Assembly: GCF_006345805.1 (NCBI RefSeq)
Contig: NC_043020.1
Location: forward strand, 30,628,001-30,692,000
Direction of reading: 5' to 3'
Source: Octopus sinensis
Lineage: Eukaryota
Length of the DNA: 64,000 nucleotides
In this document: positions 24,991-39,916 of the stretch, in pieces
Layout of the letters: each line of letters begins with the position of its first letter
How positions within the stretch are numbered: position 1 is the stretch's first letter
Program-made: the position numbers and the translations under genes
The notes under the pieces: generated by a model
What the model was told of the DNA's origin: nothing
Database searches by the model: none
Seen by the model: only the letters and a program-made list of their open reading frames with translations

Positions 24991-26157
24991 ACATTTATCT
25001 CAGGCGGTCAGATAGACAGATGGGTCGAGGGAAAGAGAGAGAGAGAAAGGGTTCCCACCTTCCTATTCACCATTCATTTATTTATTTATTTATTTACTTA
25101 GTCCTTTACCATTGTATTGGAACGGGTTTAATGATGGTGACCTCTTCAAAACTGCATCCTTCAAAACTTCCATGCTTCCTGAGATTCACCAACACTACAC
25201 CTAACTCCGGACAGCAACTAGTTGAGGTCAGTAGCATATACTTATAAATGACAATACCCTCCACCTCCCACACAACACTACCAAAAATTTACTTCAGTCA
25301 GTTTGCTTCAAAGATGACCAAATGAATGGACCCTGATGAAGTTGCGCTGACAATATTGCAAAGCTGCATTTGCAATATTTGGGTAGTTGTTGCAGTGAAA
25401 ACATGTATAAAGTAGGGCATTATAATATGCTGTACAGAACTATAAATTTTGTGGATCTACAAGTTTCCATACTGTTTATTCTTTTATATATAGACACACA
25501 AGTGTTATGGAATGGAGTAGGGGAAACCCCGGCTCATAGTGAGTGGAACCTCAGAAGTGGTAAAATCCAAGTGAGGTGTATACCGTTGGCTACTCTTCAG
25601 GCCCAGGATATCTTGATTAGATTAAAGCTACATTTTCGCAAAGAGGTACATGTTGACACAATGATTCATTCCCCATATTCCATTCCATAACTCTTGTATT
25701 CTTTTTCGCACACTTGGCAACCCTGGTTACCTACCAAGAAATATAATAGGAAGATTTTTCAGCTCATTGTTTTTTTATAAAAGAAAGAAAAAAAAGTCTA
25801 CAACCATCTGTCTCAATAAACCACTGAAAGTTGTTTTTCTGTATTCATTACTACTTGCTCGGAGCTAACTATTTTCCTACACCATGCCAGTGGCACGTAA
25901 TATGCATCATCCGAACATGGCTGATGCCAGCACCGCCTTGACTGGCTTCCATGCCGGTGGTACGTAAAAAGCACCAACCGATCGTGGCCGTTGCCAACCT
26001 CCCTTAGCACCTGTGATGGTGGCACATAAAAAGCACCCACTACACTCATGGAGTGGTTGGTGTTAGGAAGGGCATCCAGCAGTAGAAACACTGCCAGATC
26101 AGACTGGAGCCTGGTGCAGCCTCCTGGTGCATGGAAAACGGACGTTAAACGATGATG

Positions 26158-26195
<38 letters not shown>

Positions 26196-27725
26196 GACTT
26201 CTTTCAGTTTCCATCTACCAAATCCACTCAAGACTTTAGTCAGTGCTATACAATGGGATTGAACCCACATGCACACATATACACAATGGGCTTTCACAGT
26301 TTCCATCAACTAATTTCACTCATAAGACATTAATCCTACCTGGAAGAAATCAGCTGTGGACAAGCCTGGAGAGGGAAGGATTCCACCAGCTTAGAAAGAA
26401 ATGTGATTCCATCCATCCCAAGACATGCCATACATCATGACAGCACTCTACGACTCAAAAGTTAAGAGCTCGAGGAAGGACATGGAATGTCTATGATCAA
26501 ACCGCAACAGTTACAGCTGAAAAGCCTTTGCTCATGATAGGTTTGCTCAATCAGAGTTGATCTGGAGCTACAAAATAAAACTACAACAGTACAATATAAT
26601 ATTAATTTCTAATATAGGCAGAAGGACATATATTTAGTAGAAGGTGGATGTAATCAATTACATCAATTCCAATCCTTGACTGGCATTTATATTTAGCAAT
26701 TCTGGAAAGGATGAAAGGTCATCGCAACCCAGTCTAGATTTGAACTCAGAACCAAACACAGTCAAATGCCTGATGCTGAACCAATTTTACCAGCTGCCTC
26801 TTCTTTAAATATGATGCTGCACAATGACAAAAGGCCAATGTGAGAGTCTATGCATGGTCACTCGATTTGCTAGAAATACCAACGGCAGTTGAAATTCCTT
26901 CATATCACACCACAATGTATTCCAACAGAAAACAGCCATAACATGTGTACAAGTGTACACATAAAAATACTGAAAGAATAAAAGACCGGCTGGACACAGT
27001 TGGAATGCTTTTGATCATGGACTGGTTAGATAAAAATAGGCCTGGGGCTAAACTACTAGGACAGCATATTGAATTAGACAGTGGAACTAATGATCTCTGT
27101 ATTATGAGAATGGCTGAAGGAATGAGAGTGATTTGATGGGAGATTAGTTGAAATGGTGGGTGGTTATGATAATCAACATCTGTGCAGTGGGGAGTTGGAA
27201 AATGCAAAAGAAAAGAGAAATAATAAGCAGCCTACAATCAGTGATGGGTGGCCGTGGTGGTGGGCAGAGGATAGATTGGCTTGGTTCTAGAGTTTCATTG
27301 AGCAGTCTGACAGGTTGAACTACTAGCAGAGACTGGGAAGGTGGATGGGCATGGGGAAAAGATGGACAGAAAAAATTAGAAGGAAAAGAAGGAAAAAATG
27401 GAGAGAAGAGATGAAGAACAGGATGGTGGTGGTGGAAGTGAAGAAAAGGAGAATGAGAAGAAGGACAATGATGATAACAACATCATCATGATGGACACTA
27501 GTAACAAAAGTAAACAACAACAACAACAAAGACCTTATCTTCTACAAGAGCCACATCAACAGAACTGAAGATACTTCAGCTGGCTAAGAATAGCTTCATT
27601 TTACATCACATGTCCTCATTTGAGGCTGGTATTTGCTAGAGACAGGCAGACAGTCTCTGGCTAATCATTGAGAGGACATTGGTGTTGCTTTGACAGAGGT
27701 TTGTGCTCTCTGAGTACTCAAATTA

Positions 27726-27781
<56 letters not shown>

Positions 27782-28015
27782 GAGGCAGCCAACTGGCAGA
27801 ATCGTTAGCACACCAGGTGAAATGCTTAGCGGTATTTCATCTGCCACTACGTTCTGAGTTCAAATTCTACTGAGGTTGATTTTGCCTTTCATCCTTTCAG
27901 GGTCTATAAATTAAGTACCAGTGAAACACTGGGGTCGATGTAATCGACTTAATTCCCTCCCACAAGCTGCCCTTGTGGCAAAAATTTGTAATCATTATTA
28001 TTACTATTATTATTA

Positions 28016-28052
<37 letters not shown>

Positions 28053-28074
28053 TATCATCATTATTATTATTGCC

Positions 28075-29345
28075 TTTGCACAGCTTCTAACGCTGGAGAT
28101 GTACTACAGTGTCAGCTGTTCACTACCAATGAACTAAGGTAACACCTCTTATTTTTCGAGCACCTTCCAGAGTATTCGAGCGGTTCCAAGTAGTGCTGTT
28201 TTCTGCAAGTGCTCCACCCTTATTGCAGCCCCTATTTGTTCCATGTACTTCTCGAGATATTTGCTCACTATTCCCAGGGCTCTGACAATTATTGGTACTA
28301 CTGCTACCTTTTTCATCGACCACAACTACTTAACTTCCCAAGCTAACCTGTCATATCTCTCGACTTTTCTTTCTTCCTTATCGCATACCTTGTTGTCAGC
28401 AGGGCATGCTATGTCTATGATCCAGCATAGTTTTTCTTCCTCAATTAAGACTATGTCTGGCTTCCTATTCTTTATCTCATAGTCGCACTGAATCACAAAA
28501 TACCCATAGGATCTTTGCATTCCTATTTTCGACAATGCCTTCAGGTTTGTGGTTGTACCAATTTTTTTCTCAGTCAAGTCCATACTTGTTGTGGAGTGTC
28601 CAATGGACAAGCCTGGCTATATTGTCATGGCATTTCTAATATTCCTTCTGGGCTAGAGGCATACATTAGCTGGTAATATGCCATATGGTTTCACCGTTTT
28701 GTCCACAGATTCTGCACTTATCACTTTCTGCCGTGTTCTCAATTCTGTATTTTATGTAGCTTGTTCTTAGTGCTTGCTCTTGGGCAGCACATTAGATCCT
28801 CCGTTTCCGGTTTTAAATCCCTTTTAGTCATCCACAGCCATCTTCTTTCTCTGTCTTATCTTCAATATCCCCATGAAATTGACCATGCATTCTTTTCTTT
28901 ACCCACCTATTTTCAGTTCCATTCGTTTTCAATTTCTTGTACGGTGCTTTATCTTTGCAGTCTTTCATCCTACACAAGCCCGACCTTCTTACTTCTAATA
29001 ATAGGGGTTCTGTGGCATTTTTTACATACCATATTATGCTGTTTTCTTCTGCTCTAATGCTGTGTTCGCATCCAATAAGTCCTCTTCCCCTCTTTTTCTT
29101 GGTACATACAGTCTGTCTGTGTCACTTTTTGGGTAGAGTGACCCATATCTAGTTAGCAATTCCTTGTCTTTCTGTCTAAGCTGTTTAGTTCGTCTACTGT
29201 CCATGCGATTATCCCTGCTCCATATCTAAGGAGTGAAACCGCTCAGGTGTTGATAGCTTCAATCTTATTCCATCCATTTAATTTCGACTTAATGATCAGT
29301 CTCAGTCTGCACAAGTACTCCACCTTAAATTTTTCTGTCATTTCT
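28075..29345 (-). mobile_element. R4/Dong-clade LINE, 5'-truncated, embedded in (AAT)n on both sides
   Basis: EYLCRLRLIIKSKLNGWNKIEAINT, AAQEQALRT, RKPDIVLIEEEKLCWIIDIACPAD...RLAWEVK, LLGTART; (ATT)n at ~27990-28070 and ~29355-29390. Confidence 0.85.
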
Positions 29346-29355
29346 TTCTCCATCA

Positions 29356-29392
<37 letters not shown>

Positions 29393-29946
29393 GAGTGAGA
29401 GAGCAGTGCATGCCATCAAAGTGACACTGGGGTAAAATATATGAAACCCAGTATACCCATCATGACTACCCATTTGATAAGGGTACACTAGGCACATGCA
29501 TCACAACCATGTGTGTGCGACATGGTGATCTCATATCAAGATAAATAGCACTTGACCTTGCAGGTGGGGCCCAGTTAGAATTTTCTTCTGGTCGAGTAAC
29601 CCATCCCGCTCAAAAGGTCCCTGAATAAGGGCTGTTTAAGGATGTTGAACGAAGCACCCATGTTTCCAGAGGCATATTATTCAAACCCCAAAGAATCCCC
29701 CTCAATACATGGCTTTGATGCTCCCCCACTACTTCTGCTCATGATCAGAGATGCACATATCGTCAGCCACTAAGGGACATGCTCAACTGGTTAAGGTCAA
29801 ACAACTGACAAGCAAATCTGTGGTATTGAGCAGAATATTTGCTGTAGCCCATCTTTTATACCAAGACAAAACAATGTACATGATGACACTTCCAATCAGT
29901 TAAGATCAGAAGCCACGAGAGCCACTGCCTGGTACTGAATCAGGGC
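29393..29946 (-). repeat. Unclassified ~550-bp interspersed element bracketed by (AAT)n
   Basis: Non-coding, high-complexity block between two ATT microsatellites; the minus strand ends CTCTCTCACTC(AAT)n. Only one copy in the window. Confidence 0.4.
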
Positions 29947-29971
29947 ATTAACATTATTATTATCATTATTA

Positions 29972-30011
<40 letters not shown>

Positions 30012-30794
30012 CATCATTATTATTATTCTTAAGGCAGTAAGCTGGTAGAATTGTTAGCAAGCTTGGCAAAATGTTTAGTGGCATTTAGTTTGGCTTTACA
30101 TTCTGAGTTCAACTTTGCTTTCATACTTTCAGAGTTGATGAAATGAGTACTAGAATAGATATGATTGACCGTCCCCCTTCCCACAACATTTCAGGCCTCA
30201 TGCTTATTGTAGGAAGGATAGATGTGTGTTTATCTACGTGTGTATATGTGTGCACATATATATATATAAATATACAAGTGTGTGTGTATGCATTTATATA
30301 CATATATGTATATGTTTATATATGTATATACATATGAGCATATATTTATGTCTATCAATATGTGTGTGTGCACGTGTGTGTGTGTGTGTGAGTGTACGTG
30401 TGTGTGTGTGAGTGCACGTGTGTGTGTGTGTGTGTGTGTGTGAGTGCACGTGTGTGTGTGTGTTAAAAAGAAGGACAAGTAAGAAGTTTTCATTGTTTTA
30501 AGAGTTAAAGAATAACTAACAGAATAAAGATTTTTGGATACTAACCTGGAAGTAGTTTCAGCAAGGAGAAAAACAAACAACTTTTGGTCTAACACAACAA
30601 CAACAGCAACAACAACACGAATCCCTTGAGTTTGTCAAATGATTGAAAATTGCAAATGATTTTAAAGCAAGAAGTCAACTCTAAAACAAACCCTCTCTTT
30701 GCTTTCCACAACTTATGTAATGATAAAATGTGGAGTGTTACGCATCATTCTACACATTTCTCATTCACAGGTATTTTCACACACAAATCTGTAA

Positions 30795-30875
<81 letters not shown>

Positions 30876-31001
30876 TTCTCTTTTTCTCAATCTGTTCAGC
30901 ACAGATTGATTGCACACAAATGGATGTATTCTCTCTCTCTCTCTCTCTCTTACTAAATATCACATTCCCATTCATTCACCCACACCTATACACATAGTTG
31001 C

Positions 31002-31050
<49 letters not shown>

Positions 31051-31432
31051 CATATAAACACATACATTATTTCACATCAGGAAACTTGAAAACAAGTTCA
31101 CACACACACACACACATATATATATATGAACTTGTTTACAAGATTGTTGATGTGAAATAGTGCATGTGTTTACTTGGCAAAAAAATATAAAAATAAAAAA
31201 ATTACCATCCCGAAATACAATATATATATATATATATACATACATACACACAAACACTGCACTGTTTAAGATGTGTGTAGACAATTCATTCAAGGTTGAT
31301 GTAGAACTTGGATAAATTTAAGTTGCAGATAGTATTAGCCAGGGCCATATATATTTTAGTAGAAAAAGAGACTGATAGAAGAAGTACTTGACTCAGAAAA
31401 AAAAAGTATTGGTGTTGTTTGTTCAACTAAAT

Positions 31433-31511
31433 CAGTGGTTCCCAACCTGCAGTCCGCAGAACCCTGGTAGTCCACAAAAATAGTACTGGAGGTCCGTGAA
31501 CTGAATTCAGA

Positions 31512-31553
<42 letters not shown>

Positions 31554-31590
31554 TAAGCATATTAAAACTCCTTTAAATAAAAGGGTTGGG
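31433..31590. mobile_element. Short hAT (Charlie-type) MITE
   Basis: CAGTGGTTCCCAACC left TIR and partial GGTTGGG right TIR; perfect 8-bp TSD AACTAAAT at 31425-31432 and 31591-31598. Confidence 0.7.
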
Positions 31591-32514
31591 AACTAAATAT
31601 TTCAAGCAATGCCCCAGTATGGCCATAGTTGAATGACTGAAACAAGTAAAAGATAAATAAATGGATACTTAAATAAACAACTATACAATATGCAAGCCAA
31701 CAGGGAGGAAGGAGTCCACTATGTGGTCACTCGACCTCCTAAAAATAATAGCAAAATCCCCCATAAGTCTTACCCTGTCTTCTCTAAAAAAATGCAAAAT
31801 ATTTGAAATGTGATCCTAGATATATAAAAAGCAAACAAATGAAAAGATTGGATGGTCAGAGTTGGAATGCCTTTTAATAAGAGATATAGGTTTAAACAAC
31901 AAATATGAATTATGGGATAAAAACTGAAAAAGGCAATACAATAAGGATGAGGTGAAAGAAGCAAAGAAAATAAAAGAGATCAGAAGAAAAGAATGTTGAC
32001 AAATATTTGTGTGTTTTTCTTCAATTTAACACCAAGCTTTTCTGGGTCAATGCACAAGAAGAGACAGATTGAAATGTTTTCAGGTCAGTTTACGTCAAGT
32101 CATTATCAATCAGGTAAGTGTATATGAGAAATAAGGCCTTCCTTGAGAAGATATTTATATAATCATAATAATATTAATCCTTTCTACTACAGGCACATGG
32201 AGGGGGCAGTCGATTAGATCGACCCCAGTATGCAACTGGTACTTAATTTATCGACCCTGAAAGGATGAAAGGCAAAGTCAACCTTGGCAGAATTTGAACT
32301 CAGAACGTAAAGACAGACGAAATATCGCAAAGCAAATTTGGGGGAAGGGATTAAGTAGATTACATCAACCCCAGTGCATCACTGGTACTTATTTAATCAA
32401 TCCAAAAAGGATGAAAGGCAAAACCGACCTTAGTGAAATTTGAACTCAGTATGTAGTAGTAGTAGTAGGAGGAGGAGTAGTAGTAGTAGTAGCAGCAGCA
32501 GTAGCAGCAGCAGC

Positions 32515-32554
<40 letters not shown>

Positions 32555-32723
32555 ATGATTTCAAATTCTGGTACAAAGTCAGCCAGTTCAGGAGAGAAGA
32601 TATGTTGATTATATTGACCCCAGTATGCAACTAGGCAAAGTTGACCTTAGTGGAATTTGAACTTAGAACATAAAGTCATATGCTAAGGATTTTGTCCAGG
32701 ATGCTACATAATGATCCTTTCTA

Positions 32724-33539
32724 CATGGTGTTGAGGCTAAATTTAATGATTTTTTTTTTATGTTTCCTCTAAGGAACCACTTGATGTTTTAGTGAATATT
32801 GAACGGCTTTGGTGAGCATTAAGATTAAAGTTGTAGTTGAGAAAAAGTTAGCTGACATTGAAAACTGGAAGCCATCTGAGTATTGGAAAAGAGTTGCCTG
32901 CATCCTGATGATTCACATAAGGTATCAAAATGCTGACATCCTGACTGTTGTTCCAATGCTCTGTGAAGGCTGTAAGATGTGACATAGATAACTGCAATGG
33001 ATACTATAAAGTCATGGTATGGAGAAAGGGAAACAGCAGGTACTCCGACTGCATCTACATAACTCAATTCATCCCCACATCTTTGAACATGGCCTTAGGC
33101 TCAATTCAGATGGTTATGGGAAGCTGCTGGAAAAGGTTACTACTGGAGGGACTTGAGTGTGGCAGCAGGACTTGGCTCCTTCCATACCTACAGAAAAAAT
33201 CAGAAGTAGTTGTCAAAGAATCTCTATGACTTCACCAGCCCCAATTTTTGGCCCCTTAATTCCCCTGATTGTAATCTCATGGATTACTATGTGTGGGGCT
33301 TGGTCGAGAAAGACACAAATCTCTCTGTCTGAAACAGCAAGGCCAAGCTGGTGGTCAAGATCAAAGAGGTATTCAAAGATTTTGCCAGGGTGCAGTGAGG
33401 ATTGCATGTACCAGGTTCCAGTGCTGCCTTGAAGCCATGGAGGAACTCTTGTCATCCCAGCCATAATCTTCTATTTTGGGATCAAATAGGGCTTTCTTTT
33501 TCTTTTATGCAAACTGTCAAATATAACCCAAACATCCTG
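32724..33539 (+). mobile_element. Internally deleted Tc1/mariner (maT-like) transposon relic
   Basis: Degenerate TIRs CATGGTGTTGAGG and CCCAAACATCCTG, each flanked by TA; frameshifted WQQD.AP and WPLNSPDCNLMDYYVWG (WPPxSPDLNPxDY) motifs. Confidence 0.75.
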
Positions 33540-33714
33540 TACTACAGAGCTAAGGCCTAAAATCTGAGGTGAGGGATCAATCCAGGGTTCAGCTGGTTCT
33601 TATTTCATCAACCCGAAAAGGATGACCTCAGTGGAATTAATAGTCTCCAATATTAAATACATCAACACCAATTAGCTATTTTTCTTTCAATTCTACTTTT
33701 TTTTTTCTAGTGTG

Positions 33715-33795
<81 letters not shown>

Positions 33796-35009
33796 CTATC
33801 ATCATTGTCATCATCATCCTTTAACATCTGTTTTCCATGTTGGCATGGGTTGGACGGTTTGACCAGAGCTGGCCAGCTAAAGAGCTGCACAGGCTTCATG
33901 AAGTACAGTGGGAAAATGATTGATGAGGTTGTGAATGGCAACAAAAGGACTATGACTAACCTAGCTGATTGATTGATTGATAGTGAATGATTAATCAAAC
34001 AATCAGTTAGTTAATTAGTTAACTGATTAACCAATTGGCAAATAAAAAATAAAGAAATGAAACTGAACCAGTCAGCTAGACCAGAAGCAAAGCTGGAATA
34101 GAGAGAGCATGTTATTAATGAGGTTGCATGTGATGACAAAAAAAAAAAACTTTGAGTGACCTGGCTGATTGATTGATCAACAAAATGAATAATCAAGCAA
34201 TCAGTTCATTTGTTTAAAAAGTAAACCAATTCACTAATAAAAATAAAGAGGTGAAACAGAAACCATGTGTGTGATTATTATTGACATAATGACCCTCCCA
34301 AGATACAGTAAAATATGTTTCAACACGGGAGTTCACATCAAGAATCTTGCAAGCCAAAAACAAAAATGACAAATAACTTCATTACAAATAGTAATAACAA
34401 TTCCTTCTACTATAGACACAAAGTCTAAAATGTTAGGAGAGGGGTTAGTTGATTACATTGACCCCAATACTTCACTGGTACTTCTTTTACCAAGCCCAAA
34501 AGGATGAAAGATTAAGCTGACCTCAGTGAAATTTGAATTTGGAACATAAAGATGGGTGAAATATTTGTTTTGGTGTACTAACAATTCTGCCAGCTTACCG
34601 CCTTATGAATAATAATAATGATGATGATGGTTTCTGATATAGACATAAGTCTAGTAATTTTGAGAGGCTAAGGTTAGTTAAATACATCAACCTTAATACT
34701 TGATTGGCTCCTCATTGACCATGAAAGAATGAAAGGCAAAGTTGTCCATGACAGGATTTGAACCCAGAACATAAAGAGCTGGAACAAATACCACAAAGTA
34801 TATTTTTTCTAAAAATCTACCAATTCTGCCAATCTATTGCCTTCATTCTTCATGAATGAAAATAATGTTACAAATTTTGTCACAAGGCCAGTATCTTTAA
34901 GGGAAGGGGATTAGTCAATTACACTGAGCCCAGCACTTGGCTGATAACCTTATTTTATGAAGGCTGAAGGGTAAAGTTAATAAAAGTGAAGTTACCTTCA
35001 CAAGTCAAG

Positions 35010-35232
35010 CCAACTCATAAGGGCTAGTTTCCCAGTTTCATGACATTTAAATCCCCTCACCCCCTTGGATGGGATGTCAGTCTATAGCAGGATTACTCAT
35101 TTTTGCCAGCTGAGTGTACTGGAGCCACGTGAAATGAAATGCCTTGCTCAAGATCACAATGCATCATCTGGTGCAGGAATCGAAACTTATGATCTTATGA
35201 TCACGAGTCCAACACCCTAACCACTAAGCCTC
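35010..35232 (-). mobile_element. tRNA-derived SINE family D
   Basis: Minus strand: GGCTTAGTGGTTAGGGTGTTGGACTC (A box)...GTTTCGATTCC (B box)...CTTGAGCAAGGCATTTC...GACTGACATCCCATCCAAGGG. Confidence 0.6.
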
Positions 35233-37841
35233 CTACCTCCATGAACTCAGATTGCAGAGTCCAAAGAAATGTGCTGCTCAGCCTTTTGTTCAATATGCTG
35301 ATGATTCCACCAGCCTCTCACCTTATGAATAACAATAATGCCAGCATGCGAATAATTCTGCAAGCTCACCACCTTTGATATAGACACTTAAGGCTAATAC
35401 ATACATTCTTAGATAAGCTTTCAAGCCAGCTATTCATCATCATCATCATTGTTTAACGTCCATTTTCTATGCTAGCATGGGTTGGACGATTTTGACTGAG
35501 GGCTGGTGAATCAAGGCTCCATTCTTGATCTGGCAGAGTTTCTACAGTGGGATGCCCTTCCTAACACCAACCACACCGAGAGTGTAGTGGTTGCTTTTTA
35601 CGTGCCACCGGCACGGGGGCCAGTCAGGCAGTACTAGTAATGACCTTGCTCGAATCTTTTTACACATGCCACCGGCACAGGTACCAGTAAGGCAACGTTG
35701 GTAACAATCACGCTTGAATGGTGCCCTTTTACGTGCCACAGCACAGAGCAATATGAAATAGTATATTCGTATAAGATGAAACATTATTATCATCACTTAA
35801 TGACCATCTTCCAATCTAGCATGGATCGAATAAGTCAGAAGACTATGTCGTGCTCCAGTGTCTGTTTTGGCATGGTTTCTATAGATGGATACCCTTCTTC
35901 ATGCCAACCACTTGATATATTTCTGGTGACACTGGCACGAGTGAGATCACTGAGTAACTTGCAAGACAAAGTAAAGATCTTTAACCAAATGGGGAATGTA
36001 GTAGGGAGGGAGGTGCCATTATGCCAGGTTTTGAGAAGCTAAAGTATAATAGAGACAGATGGGCATAAGTGTCATGCTCTACAAGAGATAAGGGGCTAGT
36101 CTACATTATATAAGAGTAGCTGGAAAGAAATCAACAATGGTAGCGATAAGGTGTCAGAGCACACTCACAAGGTACATGAAGGTGAATATAGGAGAGAAAA
36201 CAAAGAATTGGGAAGGGTGGGTGGATAAAATGCAATATCTATGACAGGACTTTAACCCATATTCTTTAAATACCATTAGTCTAAGCACATGTCTCTTCAC
36301 ACTAGCATCTGGGATATGTTGCTGATGCCAAGAGAACTGAAAGCCAAACTCAGCTCAACAAGTAAGAGTTGGACATGAAATGTGAAAGTGACATAATTGA
36401 TTGGAATAAAATCACTCACCAACACCCCAGCCCCCACCTCTAGTCCACAGAAATTCTGTGTCCTCCCTCGACTTTTTTTCAACAGCTACTGCAATAGCCT
36501 CTGCTTCTCGGAACCAACTTATGCCTTATACCACCTCTACTTCATTACTTCGGACCTTCTTGCCTCTCCCCACTTTATTCCCCAGTATTAGATCCACTCC
36601 CAGCAAAGCCCTTCACCAACAACTTCACCCAATCCTTTCTTGCTAGAACGACACCCAACTGAAATTCCTGCTTGCCCAGATTTTTAATGAAGCTATCAAA
36701 GGAATATTATCACATTCATACCACTGGTATCCAACGGTTTACATATGCAGAGTTGTCTGTAGTAGTAGTAGTTGGAGATGCAGAAGAGGGTGGGGTCGTT
36801 GTGGTGGTGACGGTGATGGTAGTCAGACTAGTTGTTATTGTTATTTTAATTAGGGCACACAGCTACAAAAATTTTGGAAAAGGGTATACAAATTGATTAA
36901 ATCGAACCATGTACTTAATTCCTGTTGCTCTACTGATTTCTACCCAGCCACTGCCATCAATATTTATAATAATTAATATTGATTTCAAATTCTGGCACAA
37001 GGTCAGCAATTTGGGGGCAGAGGATGAGTCGATTACATTGACCCCGGTGTTCAACTGATCCTTATTTTATCAACCCCGAAAGGATGAAAGGCAAAGTAGG
37101 CCTTGGCAGTATTTGAACTCAGGAAGTAAAGACAATTCTGCCAGCTTGCTGCCTCCACTATAATAATTAATATTAATAATAATTAATTATCTGGAGAAAT
37201 GATGTTTGCTATGACTAAATTCTCTCGCCAACAGACAATGTCGTTAATATTCCAGCTGACAAAAATTAAAAACAAAAGCCCATAATCCTGCTCTTATCCA
37301 ATTAAGTTAAACTGCAGCTGAAGGATGACAAAGTGCAGATTAACAGATTGTTATAAATGTAGATGTTGTTTCGCTGAGTCTCAAAGTAAAGTTATGATCT
37401 ATGACCAAAACACACTCCAGCCATGACTATTCTAAATTTTTTTTTTAGGTGTACTCTATCTAGGACTTGACTATCTGACATCTTTCCATCTATTTTAAGA
37501 CAATAAGGAGTTCTATAAGTGAGATTTGGCTGCTATTTATAGCGAGTTAAACAACCACGTTAAGACTTCCTAGTTGGTTCACAACAGGTTTTTCTTGCCT
37601 GGAGTGGGACAAATTTAATGAAAAGAGTAATGTAAGAGTGTTTTCTATGTTCATAAAAACAGTTGGGAATTGAGGCAAGCATAGCTGATAATGTTTTCTT
37701 TTGCCTATATATGTATATATACTAATAATAATAATACTAATAATTAGACAACAAAATAATGAATGAGACCTTGATATTATGTAAATAGAGGAATTTATCT
37801 ATAATATATGTGACAATTAGTCGGTTTCCATAATAAAACTC

Positions 37842-37944
<103 letters not shown>

Positions 37945-39772
37945 GTGGTTTTACAAATGGGAGATAGAACTCAATACACAAAGTAGAGTTTATATTCCTT
38001 AGTATGAGTTTATATTACACATATAGAGAGAGACAGATCGAGAGAGGCTATATAATCAATGCAATACACTCCATTCTCTCACTGGTAACGCATTTTATGG
38101 AAACATTCGTCTTGTTTAACACCAACACCCGATCCTTGGACACTTTTAGCCGAAACCACCCGGTTTCAAGCATCCGGGTGTCAGTGCAATTTTTCTGAGG
38201 CTCTGAAGCAGGTCATGGGCGTTGGCCTCCCTTTTGTGATTGAGTTTTAGTATCGGCATAGCCAAATATTAAAATAAGGATTCCGTATAGGATAATTAAA
38301 GAAAAGGGAGAAGAGCGAAATACCTACATACACTTTAGAATCATATTTTCATTTGAAAGGTATCGAGTTAAAAACATTCCACCCGGTCTGAGCTTTCTTT
38401 CCAAATATTTAAAATACAATAATTCTAACTGGGTATTAACGACAACACCAAACAACACTTTTTAGCTTCACCCGTATCTAAACCCTTAAATCACAGCCGG
38501 CAATGGCATGTCCTTAGTTGTCATGCTGGTTATTATTATTATTATTATTATTATTGGTTACATAAACAAAAATCTAATACTCTTCTGCGAAACGGTTATA
38601 CGGAGAGCTTGAAACCGGATCGGGGACTCGGTTCACAAAAATCTTGTCCCTAAATCTTGTCGTTGTGTTGCGATGCCGACTACTTTTGGCCCAAAATATA
38701 ACTGTGCCAAGTCAGAGGAGTTATGGACACCAGTGAATGACTGGTACCTATTTTATCGACTCTGCATGGGTGAATGGCAAGGTCAGTTCTTGTTCGGCTA
38801 ATAATAATAACAAATAATAATAATAATAATATTTATTTGCCACAAGGTCAACAACGGAACAACACAACATAATTATTTTACTCACAATCTTGTTCGTTTC
38901 TTTTGTTTGTTTGTTTCGAAGCGAGCTATTCGTCCCTTTTTCTGTTCTTTGTGCAGTCGTTTCGCTTCTTGTCTTTATATGTCTATGGCTAGTCTTATGA
39001 GTCGGTGTAATCAATCCATAATTGCGATCCTGCTTCGCTGCTTCGTTTAGCAGTCGACGTCAACCGACATCTTTTACTGGTGCAAACAGGCAAAAGAGCG
39101 CCGAAACAAAGGCCCGTAACTCACAACCATTTCGGCTTTTCCTTTCGAAGCATTCGGGTTGTTGCTTCTTCGGGCGGCGGGCTGGCAGAACCGTTAACAC
39201 GCCGGGCGAAATGCCTAGCGGTATTTCGTCTGTCTTTCTGAGTTCAAATTCCGCGCAGGTCGACTTTCATCCTTTCGGGGTCGATAAATTAAGTGCCAGT
39301 TACGCACTGGGGTCGATATAATCAACTTAATCCCTTTGTCTGTCTTTGCCCTCTCCGTGTTTAGCCTCTTGTGGGTAGTAAAGAAATATGTTTCTTTGAT
39401 TGGATTCCTCGGTCCTAGAATCAGCGACATTCCAATCCTGACCCCTACTCAAAACTGCCTTAGCAGCATTATAGTTCTCCGGGTAAATCAATGCCCTTGA
39501 CACTACAGTATTTGTTTATTAACAGCCGACCACAACTGGGCCCAGGACTAAGGTTGCCAAATCTGAACTATCAGAACCCACGACCACCTCAACTGACATT
39601 CTTCACCTCGATACTCGGTGAACCTGCAAAACACATTTTGATGTTACATATAGACCCCTGAGGCCCCTGGGCAAGTGCCCACTGCATGATACTCGAGTTT
39701 TTTGTATTTTTATGCTCTTCATTATCATTATCATTATTATTATTATAATTATTATTATTATTGCTTATTATT

Positions 39773-39916
39773 ATTCAGTAGTTTTATTTTTATAGCGTGC
39801 TTTCACTTCACTACCGAGCGCAGCTCTATGTGCCTTGGGTATGTGCTGTGATTTGTTGTGCTCTGATGGTTATTGTATTGAAAGTGTTTTGCGTAGGATG
39901 TGGGCAGTGCCCAGTA

